IMG/VR virus record: IMGVR_UViG_3300047669_001907
Location: 1-32,779 of that record
Reading direction: 5' to 3' (one strand)
From: a virus
Taxonomy: Duplodnaviria; Caudoviricetes
Length of the DNA stretch: 32,779 nt
Every line of letters begins with the position of its first letter. Position 1 is the stretch's first letter. Made by a program: the position numbers and the translations under genes. Under the pieces are notes generated by a model, which was not told the origin of the DNA, made no database searches, and saw only the letters and a list, made by a program, of their open reading frames with translations. This document shows, piece after piece, positions 17,552 to 25,400 of this stretch.

Positions 17552-17989
17552 TTAATAGTTCTTCGAACGTTCATCTAAAAAATTTGTTACTTCTTCAATG
17601 GTATTCATTGAATCTAATTCTGGATTTGTAATGTTTATGCTTAGTTCTTCTCTAATTGCTGTTGAAAAATCATTAATGTCAAACGTATCCAGTTTATCTT
17701 TATAATTATCTACTAAATTAATTTGATGTATTTTTTTCATATTATCAACCTCGTTGTCCTGATTAACAACATCTGCAAAATCATCGCTTTCTTTAAACTG
17801 ATTTTTTAGTATTCGTTTAAGTGAATCCGAAATACTAGAATTTATATAACCTGTGTTATCAGTTTTTTTTAAAAGTAGATCATTTGGATTATCTGGTTGC
17901 CATCCACCGCCAGGTGCTGGAAAATTGGAACACAAACTTTGTTTGATGTTCCATTCTTTAGTTAGATTGTCTCGTTCTACTACATCCAT
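17552..17989 (-). CDS. Acyl-carrier-protein-like domain protein (attachment Ser replaced by Thr)
   Basis: DTFDINDFSTAIREELSINITNPELDSMNTIEEVTNFLD aligns without gaps to ACP [39 protein letters not shown]. Confidence 0.6.
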   Translation of the reverse strand: MDVVERDNLTKEWNIKQSLCSNFPAPGGGWQPDNPNDLLLKKTDNTGYINSSISDSLKRILKNQFKESDDFADVVNQDNEVDNMKKIHQINLVDNYKDKLDTFDINDFSTAIREELSINITNPELDSMNTIEEVTNFLDERSKNY

Positions 17990-18684
17990 TAATTGTATCC
18001 TCTTAATATACTAGGTATCTTCCACGGAGTAAAGCAAACAGTTCCTAAACTAAAATGGTCTGCTCCACTATCTTTGTACATATTTATTTCATCGTTGCTG
18101 TAGATCCCGCCACCTGCTATAACGGTTACTGAGGGATACTTTGTCTTTATGTATTTCAGAATCCTTAGTGTATGGGGTATGATTGCTCGTCCGCTCAATC
18201 CACCCCTGTCCGTTGGTATTGTGTTCGAAGCGTGTATCTGTGTGAATCCTTGATCTATAATGTGATCTATCTTGTATTCTGAAAACACTGGAGGTATTTT
18301 GCAAATACACCATTCTCGTTTATCCTCTATCCATAAATTAATATCATTTAAACAGTATCTATCATCAATGTGTGTGATGTTAGGACAACTAATGTTTATT
18401 TCTACTGATATGTTCGGCGGAACAAGTTTATGTAAGTTTAAATTATCAACATACTTAATAGGTGCTATGCTTAACACCTCATTATGTTTATGTTTGCGTA
18501 TGCCAACCTCAATTCCGGGGTTACGCAATCCAATTCTATTTATCCAGCCTGACCTCGAAAACCGTAAAGTTTTTAAAATTTGTTTAAATCTACCTGGACG
18601 AGGTGCAAGTGTCCATGAACCTGTTACTGAAATTGCATCTTTAAATTTTAAATAGTTCCCAAACGGAGCGGCAATAAAATACAT
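17989..18684 (-). CDS. pyrD: Dihydroorotate dehydrogenase (class 1-like, compact)
   Basis: INRIGLRNPG, EINISCPN (catalytic Cys), SNT, GGLSG, IAGGGI, GAD..SLGT. Confidence 0.85.
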   Translation of the reverse strand: MYFIAAPFGNYLKFKDAISVTGSWTLAPRPGRFKQILKTLRFSRSGWINRIGLRNPGIEVGIRKHKHNEVLSIAPIKYVDNLNLHKLVPPNISVEINISCPNITHIDDRYCLNDINLWIEDKREWCICKIPPVFSEYKIDHIIDQGFTQIHASNTIPTDRGGLSGRAIIPHTLRILKYIKTKYPSVTVIAGGGIYSNDEINMYKDSGADHFSLGTVCFTPWKIPSILRGYN

Positions 18685-18690
18685 TATTCA

Positions 18691-19314
18691 TTATACGTCC
18701 TGTGATATTCGTTCACAGGCGACACCCTTGACATCATCTTGAGCTCCAGCGGCAAATGGTATAGAATCTAGTAACCAAGATGTTGTTTCTTCTCGGCAAT
18801 TACGATCAAAATGCAATGCGGCAGATAAATGTACAACATTATCTACAAACGACATTCCTTGATGTAATTTTTGTGTGTTTATAGCATACCAGCGTTTTGG
18901 TTCAAAACGAATAATTTTATTATCTAATATAAAACAGCATTCTGAAGGATTAGTATGATTAACATAATTTACTAATCTAAATGAATCACCTGTTATCTCA
19001 CCGTTTGGTTGTACTGATTTCCATTTATCTCGATGAGGATGTATATAATTACCAGCATCATACAATAAACAACCTACAGTACGAGCATTTTGTGGTAGTC
19101 CCCAACCGTCTGGAACATTATTATACCAATAACCATTTTCTGGACCGTCTTTGCTATCTTTGATTCGGTGCTGTTTAATTTTTGTAGGATCCTCATTAAG
19201 TTGTTTAATTTGATCAATAATATCATCATGAACCCACGCATTGAGTTCAACTACATCCCCGGCAGCCTGAAATAAGTTATATGAGCTAAATTGTTGTGTT
19301 ATAAAATCATTCAT
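18691..19314 (-). CDS. 2OG-Fe(II) oxygenase (Asp/Asn beta-hydroxylase-like cupin)
   Basis: IHPHRD (HxD) ... WYAINTQKLH (distal His) with DSBH spacing. Confidence 0.65.
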   Translation of the reverse strand: MNDFITQQFSSYNLFQAAGDVVELNAWVHDDIIDQIKQLNEDPTKIKQHRIKDSKDGPENGYWYNNVPDGWGLPQNARTVGCLLYDAGNYIHPHRDKWKSVQPNGEITGDSFRLVNYVNHTNPSECCFILDNKIIRFEPKRWYAINTQKLHQGMSFVDNVVHLSAALHFDRNCREETTSWLLDSIPFAAGAQDDVKGVACERISQDV

Positions 19315-19333
19315 AGGAATCGTCCTCTGTACA

Positions 19334-19340
19334 TATTTAT
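19334..19340 (-). promoter_or_regulatory. Putative late promoter (ATAAATA)
   Basis: In the 27-nt gap between the gp46 stop and the oxygenase ATG, upstream of a GAGG RBS. Confidence 0.5.
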
Positions 19341-19341
19341 T

Positions 19342-21114
19342 CTAACTTACAAAGTCTTTTGTTGTTTCGTATGTTGTAAATCCGTTCTCTTTTACTACTT
19401 GTAATATATCAGTAACTCTGCTTTGCAGTTCATCCTTATGACTTATAAGGAAAACATTCTTATTCCGTTCTCTTGACATTTTCTTTAATACAGCCATGCT
19501 TGCTTCTACACCTTGATTATCCATACCACTATCTATAAGTTCGTCAATACATAATAAGTTAATTGGACTATTTAGACTTTCGAACACATCTCTAAATGCC
19601 CAACTTAATCCTAGTATAAGTCTGTTTCGTTCTCCACGTGATAAATTATCAAAGTCTAAATCTCGTCCTAATTCTGTTATTTCTACATCCAAATCGTTTC
19701 TAAACTTAACAACATGTGGAAGACCTAAATCAACCAAATAGTTTTGTAGTTTAGAGTTTAAGTATTTTAAGTTTTGCTCAACTATAAGTTTGCGTATATA
19801 CGAATCAGGTTTTGTTAACATATCCTTTAAAAACTCTCTATGAGTTAAGTCATCTGTTAGCCGATTAAGTTTATCAAATGTTACTTCAGTAAGTGCTGTT
19901 GCCTTTAAACTTTCAATTTGTTCAATATAAGGATCTTTTTCCTTTTGTTTTTCGCCTAGTTTATCCTTTAAATTTTGTAATGAGTTTTTGTGTTCGTATA
20001 CAAATTCTATTTTACCATAAAGTACAGATGGTTTTTCTTTATGATGTCCAATTACTACCCCTGCCGCAACTGCACCATCATGAGTGCTTTGTGCTTCCTT
20101 TACAACTTTTTCTTGTTCTTTTAATTGTTTTTTCTTTTGATTAAATAAAACCTCATGTCCGTTAGTGTGCAGTTCTTGTTTACACAATGGACAATTTTTA
20201 TTTTTTAATTGTTCGAGATCTTCAGTAATAGAGATGCGGTGATTATCGGCACTTTTCAACGCAGATTCTGCGGCGATTAGTTCCTTTTTTGTAGCAGTCT
20301 TAGCAGTAAGCCATTCATTAAATTCATCTAATAATTTGTGTTGTTTTAATTCGTTTTCAATATCTATTTTGTTTAATCGAACAAGCCCTTGTTGTAATTG
20401 TACAATTTCTTTATCCTGATTTTTATACCATACAGTTGTTCGGCGTTCTAAATCTGTTATTGTTTTTTCTATTTTTGTATTTGCTTCTTGTTGTGCTTTA
20501 ACTTTAAATTCTTCTTCTTTAATATTTGATTTTGCTTCTTTGATAGTTTCTTTTAATGTTTCGGCTTTTTCACTAAGTTGTGTAACTCCTAATATAAGCT
20601 CAATCATTTCACGTTGTTCGTGAGCTCGCAAAGCAAGAAACGGTTCTGTATATGTATTAAGTGCAATTAAATGTTTAAAAAGTGTACTGTTAATTCCAAG
20701 TATTTTGTTTATTTCTGATTGTGTATTTTTACCCTCACCCTGCATTTCATCTGTTGTACCGTTATCTGTTTCGTGTGCGTCTACTATAAATTTAAAAATA
20801 TTTGGTTTACGTCCACGTTCAATTTTATAATAATGGCCGTCTTTTTCAAATTTGACACTTACCATCATGCCTTTGCCGTTTGTCTTGTTTATTAGGTTAT
20901 CCTTTTTAATGCTTGTTAATGGAGAACCAAATAACCCATAACTTAACGCATTAATGATAGTAGTTTTGCCTGTACCATTGCGTGATTCGTTTGCACCTAA
21001 ATCTAAATTGTTTCCAAGTACTAATGTTAACATTGCGTCATCAAACGTAACCGCTTGGGTTACATTACCGACACTCATAAAGTTTTTTACAGATAATGAT
21101 TGAATATTAAGCAT
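19342..21114 (-). CDS. gp46: Recombination endonuclease ATPase subunit (Rad50/SbcC, gp46-like)
   Basis: Walker A NGTGKTT, coiled coils, zinc hook CPLC, signature LSRGE, Walker B LLCIDE, ISH. Confidence 0.96.
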   Translation of the reverse strand: MLNIQSLSVKNFMSVGNVTQAVTFDDAMLTLVLGNNLDLGANESRNGTGKTTIINALSYGLFGSPLTSIKKDNLINKTNGKGMMVSVKFEKDGHYYKIERGRKPNIFKFIVDAHETDNGTTDEMQGEGKNTQSEINKILGINSTLFKHLIALNTYTEPFLALRAHEQREMIELILGVTQLSEKAETLKETIKEAKSNIKEEEFKVKAQQEANTKIEKTITDLERRTTVWYKNQDKEIVQLQQGLVRLNKIDIENELKQHKLLDEFNEWLTAKTATKKELIAAESALKSADNHRISITEDLEQLKNKNCPLCKQELHTNGHEVLFNQKKKQLKEQEKVVKEAQSTHDGAVAAGVVIGHHKEKPSVLYGKIEFVYEHKNSLQNLKDKLGEKQKEKDPYIEQIESLKATALTEVTFDKLNRLTDDLTHREFLKDMLTKPDSYIRKLIVEQNLKYLNSKLQNYLVDLGLPHVVKFRNDLDVEITELGRDLDFDNLSRGERNRLILGLSWAFRDVFESLNSPINLLCIDELIDSGMDNQGVEASMAVLKKMSRERNKNVFLISHKDELQSRVTDILQVVKENGFTTYETTKDFVS

Positions 21115-21730
21115 TAAGAAATGATCTCCCCATTACTAGATAATCGGCACCTTTTTCAAATGCCTCGGTTGGTGTTGCTGTACGTTTTTGATCGTCGTTT
21201 GTTGGCTTTGTTCGTATGCCAGGACAAATTCTAAGAAGTTCGTGTTTAAAATCCGTATGTTCTATAGTCTCAATGTCGTGCGGGCTACAAATTATTCCTG
21301 CAAATCCGCTATTGACAATCTTCTTTATATGTCTTCGCCACATGCCCGTAGGCATTTCTCTCATAATTTCATATTGTTCTTTTCCTGACCACGAAGTGAG
21401 ATATGTTACACCTAATAAGTTAATTTCTCTTTTGTATTGCTCTAGTTGTTTGAATACTTCTGGAGAATTTAACGTGCTAATTGTTGTATAAGTTGCCCCT
21501 AACTCAAGAACATGTTCTACTATAGATACTACTGTATTTGGTATGTCCCACAATTTTAAATCAACAAATATATTAAGGTCCTTATAAGGAGCCAACGAAT
21601 GTAAGAGACTATGATTAATTTTAAAACCATGCACCTTACCTTCATATTTTTTAATAACACGTTCGGCCTCGGGTAAAGACATGTTATCAAGTGCTACAAA
21701 TATTTTATCAGTTTGTTTTAATTTTGTCAT
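21107..21730 (-). CDS. pyrF: Orotidine-5'-phosphate decarboxylase
   Basis: FVALD, GFK, DLKLWDIPNT (DxKxxDIPNT), GVTYLTS, PGIR, DQKR, GADYLVMGR. Confidence 0.95.
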   Translation of the reverse strand: MTKLKQTDKIFVALDNMSLPEAERVIKKYEGKVHGFKINHSLLHSLAPYKDLNIFVDLKLWDIPNTVVSIVEHVLELGATYTTISTLNSPEVFKQLEQYKREINLLGVTYLTSWSGKEQYEIMREMPTGMWRRHIKKIVNSGFAGIICSPHDIETIEHTDFKHELLRICPGIRTKPTNDDQKRTATPTEAFEKGADYLVMGRSFLNA

Positions 21731-21920
21731 GTTTAACTAAGTCAGCATATAAAATACTGTATATGTTATCTACAGAATCTTCTTCGATTATTACAAAATC
21801 TCCAAGGATGTCTATCAATACGTAACCGCCACTATTACGGTATTTCCGTATTTCATAATTGCCTGTATGGCCAAGGTGAGACGAAACACTAAGTATTTCG
21901 TTATGGTGTTGTAGATTCAT
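21708..21920 (-). CDS. Hypothetical protein (70 aa)
   Basis: Fills the gap; ATGA overlap with the gp47 stop and overlaps the pyrF start. Confidence 0.6.
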   Translation of the reverse strand: MNLQHHNEILSVSSHLGHTGNYEIRKYRNSGGYVLIDILGDFVIIEEDSVDNIYSILYADLVKHDKIKTN

Positions 21921-22933
21921 AGCGAATTATATATATTGACTAATTTGTCTATTTTTATAGTTTCGCTCTTAATACATTGTAACTGATTTAGTACCACTTT
22001 GTCAACCGTTTCAAACTCTAAATTTTCAATTGATTGATTTTCTGTGTACTCAGAATTTGCGTTAGGGAGTAATGTTATTTCTCGTATAGGGTAATCTTTT
22101 AGGTAGATTTCCTTGATTTGATTAGCCTCTTGGTATGTTATATCTATGTTTAAAGCGACTTTTATATGAGTTTTAGGTTTTAAAATATCCTCAGTATTAT
22201 CCATTAATGTGCTAAGATCTGTTGTAGTATATCGAGGACAATCAGGCCAATTTACATACTCAGGCTTACCACCCCATTCTAAAATCATCATACCCCTATC
22301 ATCATCCCACGCATCTGCAAAGTTATGCGGAAACGCATTACCAATATAATGTACATTGATTTTGTTTTGTCGTTTATGAAAATGCCCGGTAAACACATAC
22401 TCTTGATTAGGAAAATGTCCCATACCAAGTCCGCCATTGTCGGGCATTTCTACCATAGCATTCATTTTAAATCCGCCTAACTCAAGATGTCCAAATATGT
22501 ATGGTTCTTTAAATTTAACAACTTTTTTCCATTCCTCTTCAACAAGCCATGGAATTATTGCTACATCACCATCTCGTAATATTTCATTTACAATTTGAAC
22601 ATTATTCCAAATTCGGCCAAACGGTAACGAATTAATTTCTCGTTTTTCTCTGTAATATAAATCATGATTACCTGTAATTACATACACTTTTTCAAACGCT
22701 TGGCTTAATCGTTCTAAATTGCTTATGGTATAATTTAATGTTGAAACATTAATCTGTGCTCGATGGTGATGCCAGTCGCCTAAAAATATGCAAGTTTCAC
22801 ACCCTCGTGCTTGTGCTTCTTTTATAAACCAGTTTACAAATTCTTCACAGTCATCGTTATGCATACGACTATTATTACGCATACCAAAATGTATATCAGT
22901 AAAACAAGCAACTTTTTTAAATAATTTTTTCAT
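21917..22933 (-). CDS. gp47: Recombination endonuclease nuclease subunit (Mre11/SbcD, gp47-like)
   Basis: Metallophosphoesterase motifs DIHFG, GDWHH, GNHD, GHLE, GHFH. Confidence 0.96.
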   Translation of the reverse strand: MKKLFKKVACFTDIHFGMRNNSRMHNDDCEEFVNWFIKEAQARGCETCIFLGDWHHHRAQINVSTLNYTISNLERLSQAFEKVYVITGNHDLYYREKREINSLPFGRIWNNVQIVNEILRDGDVAIIPWLVEEEWKKVVKFKEPYIFGHLELGGFKMNAMVEMPDNGGLGMGHFPNQEYVFTGHFHKRQNKINVHYIGNAFPHNFADAWDDDRGMMILEWGGKPEYVNWPDCPRYTTTDLSTLMDNTEDILKPKTHIKVALNIDITYQEANQIKEIYLKDYPIREITLLPNANSEYTENQSIENLEFETVDKVVLNQLQCIKSETIKIDKLVNIYNSL

Positions 22934-23802
22934 TTTTCAGGTACATCCAATGGTAAAATTGATTCATCAGTTCCGTCTCTTTGTGCTGATGCTTTTTTAA
23001 CTATAAGATAATCATTTAATTGCCTTGTATAACTAGGGCTGTATCCATGCTTTACCAGTAAATCATCACGTATATTTTGACTCTTCTTCTCAAGATTTAA
23101 TATACGTGTAAATGAATTAGTTATTGCGGCCGTGTAATATGCAAATGGATTCTGCGATTTGCTTTCATCGAACTGTAATCCTATTTGACTAAGTTGTAAT
23201 AGTGCCTGTGAACGCATTTCGTCAACGTATGTATAGCCTCGCCAATTTGAACGCATACTATACCTATCACATAATAGCATATATCCTTTGGCTAAATTAT
23301 CTGTAACATGACCATGTATTGATGAAAAATGTCCGTCTTTTAAATTACCTTTCCAGTGGCTTCGTCCAACTTCAGTAAGTTTATCTTTAATTAACGCATA
23401 ATGTTTAAAAGCTGGAAAGTTAACTTTAACGTGATAATCGGCTTCAGTTTTAGGATTCTTTTTTAGTTTTTCCTTTGGTGGAATATGTGTGTAATCTGTT
23501 ACTCTATAAATTACATGATTTTTAAGTTCTTTCTCAGGAACTTTTATATCTAGTAACGCTAGTTTCACTCTACGAACATCCTTTGCTTGTTTGGTTGTTC
23601 GCATGTTTATTTTTTCTAACGAAGGTAAAATTATATCAAAATCTGCATATTTGTCATTTCTAAACCAACAGTATGTTTTTTTAGATAAATGTATTTGAGC
23701 AAGAAGATTTTTATTTGTTAGATACTTTTTGGGTTTCTTTTTTGGATCCGTCTTTGAATTAGATTTTGTTGCTATTATTTGCTTTTTCATTTTTTTTCTC
23801 AT
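22930..23802 (-). CDS. gp55: Late-transcription sigma factor (gp55-like)
   Basis: YLTNKNLL, NWRGYTYVDEM, FDESKSQNPFAYYT...NSF.R.LN.EKK; canonical position upstream of gp47/gp46. Confidence 0.9.
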   Translation of the reverse strand: MRKKMKKQIIATKSNSKTDPKKKPKKYLTNKNLLAQIHLSKKTYCWFRNDKYADFDIILPSLEKINMRTTKQAKDVRRVKLALLDIKVPEKELKNHVIYRVTDYTHIPPKEKLKKNPKTEADYHVKVNFPAFKHYALIKDKLTEVGRSHWKGNLKDGHFSSIHGHVTDNLAKGYMLLCDRYSMRSNWRGYTYVDEMRSQALLQLSQIGLQFDESKSQNPFAYYTAAITNSFTRILNLEKKSQNIRDDLLVKHGYSPSYTRQLNDYLIVKKASAQRDGTDESILPLDVPEK

Positions 23803-23819
23803 AATAATATGTTCCTTAT

Positions 23820-23848
23820 ATTATACAGTAAAACCCACCAAAAAGCAA
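23820..23848 (-). promoter_or_regulatory. Sigma70-type promoter for the gp55-gp47-gp46 operon
   Basis: TTGCTT (23848-23843), 17-nt spacer, TATAAT (23825-23820). Confidence 0.7.
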
Positions 23849-23851
23849 CGG

Positions 23852-23858
23852 ATAAATA
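23852..23858 (+). promoter_or_regulatory. Late promoter (ATAAATA) for the baseplate operon
   Basis: GATAAATA followed by an AAGGA RBS and ATG 23877. Confidence 0.6.
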
Positions 23859-23876
23859 TTTAAAAGGAAAGCCTAG

Positions 23877-24491
23877 ATGCAAATTATTGAAGTTGTAGAA
23901 AATAATATAGAATACGTTGTCTTTTATGGTGGTCGTTTCCAGCCTATGCATAAAGGTCACTTCGGGTTATTTCAAAGTTTACAAGAAAAGTTTAGCCCTG
24001 AAAACGTATTTATCGCCACTACATTTGGCAACAAAGCACAGGCGGCACATGGTGAAAATGACTATAGTATAGACCCATTTACATTTGAAGAGAAGCAGTT
24101 TATAATGCATACCATGTTTAATATATCTGAGGATCATGTTATTAACACTCAACCTTATAGACCTGATATGAGTAGAGCAAAACGTAACAGAGAAACAACT
24201 GCATTAATACTTGCTTTTAGTGATAAAGATAAAGGAAGACTTCGTCCAGGCAGGGTACTGCAAGAGTATACGCCTGGTATAAAACTTGAACCAAACTATA
24301 TTGATGGGAAAGAACATCGAGCGTACATATATACTGGATTATCAAATTTTGAAGCAATGTCAGGTACAAATTTTAGAGATGGTATGTTAACATTAGGAAC
24401 AGAAGAAGCAAAACAAAAATTGTTTACTCACTTCTTTGGTAGATTTAACGAAAGCGTTTATAATTTAATTAATGAGAGATTAAATGGCTAG
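23877..24491 (+). CDS. Cytidylyltransferase-like (HxGH) nucleotidyltransferase
   Basis: FYGGRFQPMHKGH, PFTFEEK, MSGTNFR. Confidence 0.8.
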   Translation: MQIIEVVENNIEYVVFYGGRFQPMHKGHFGLFQSLQEKFSPENVFIATTFGNKAQAAHGENDYSIDPFTFEEKQFIMHTMFNISEDHVINTQPYRPDMSRAKRNRETTALILAFSDKDKGRLRPGRVLQEYTPGIKLEPNYIDGKEHRAYIYTGLSNFEAMSGTNFRDGMLTLGTEEAKQKLFTHFFGRFNESVYNLINERLNG

Positions 24492-25113
24492 AGATTCACG
24501 AGTATATATTAAAACACCCCAATACTTTCAAAAGATAATGGATGAGAGCCCTATTTTTGCTCCGTTAAAAAAATTAGGTAATAGAGTACTGTTTCCATAC
24601 ACACCTTCAATAACTACAAGTACTTCAGCAAACTATCAGCCGAATCAATTAACGCATACAAATTATCAATATCAAGCATATAGTGGATCAGCTCCAGGGC
24701 CGATTCAACTCAGTGCCCAATTCATAAGTCAATCAGTTGAAGAAGCAAGATATACATTTGCAGTAATACATTTTTTTAGAACTGTAACAAAAATGAGATT
24801 TGGAACACAAGATGTGTTTAGAGGTGCTCCTCCTCCAATTTTATATTTTAATGCATATGGTGATTTATTATTTAAAAATGTTCCAATTGTAGTTGGTACA
24901 TTTACATTTTCTTTAGAGCAGGCTGTTGATTATATTGAAATAGAATTCCCTGCATCAACTGGTGCCTCTGAAGGTGTTTATACACAAAAGATACCAGTAT
25001 CAACAACAATGTTCGTTGATCTACTTCCACAATATTTGCCTGGTAAACCAGTACGTGAATGGAGTATGCAAAAATTTGCAAATGGTGAACTAATGGGAAG
25101 AGGGTTTATTTAA
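24484..25113 (+). CDS. Baseplate tail-tube cap/initiator-like protein (gp48/gp54-like)
   Basis: FPYTPSI, HFFRTVTKM.FG, GAPPPIL.FNAYG..FKNVPIVV; baseplate context. Confidence 0.65.
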   Translation: MARDSRVYIKTPQYFQKIMDESPIFAPLKKLGNRVLFPYTPSITTSTSANYQPNQLTHTNYQYQAYSGSAPGPIQLSAQFISQSVEEARYTFAVIHFFRTVTKMRFGTQDVFRGAPPPILYFNAYGDLLFKNVPIVVGTFTFSLEQAVDYIEIEFPASTGASEGVYTQKIPVSTTMFVDLLPQYLPGKPVREWSMQKFANGELMGRGFI

Positions 25114-25400
25114 TGTATAAAACTACTAGCAATTATGCCGATACTAATATTAATTACAAGTACCTTGATATATGGGAACCTCCTCAATCTTTAGAAAAAA
25201 CAGGACGAGAGTATAAACATGTTATCTTATCAAAACACGTAAATCGTCCGGATTTATTAGCACATGAGTTATATGGTTCATCTAGATTGTGGTGGACGTT
25301 TGCATATTTAAATCCTGATAAATTGAATGATCCTATTTGGGATTTTGTGTCAGGACTAGAAATTGAGGTATACAATCCTAGTGATGTAAGGAGGGGTTAA
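25113..25400 (+). CDS. gp53: Baseplate wedge protein (gp53/LysM-like)
   Basis: RPDLLAHELYGSSRLWW...NP..L.DP. Confidence 0.85.
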   Translation: MYKTTSNYADTNINYKYLDIWEPPQSLEKTGREYKHVILSKHVNRPDLLAHELYGSSRLWWTFAYLNPDKLNDPIWDFVSGLEIEVYNPSDVRRG

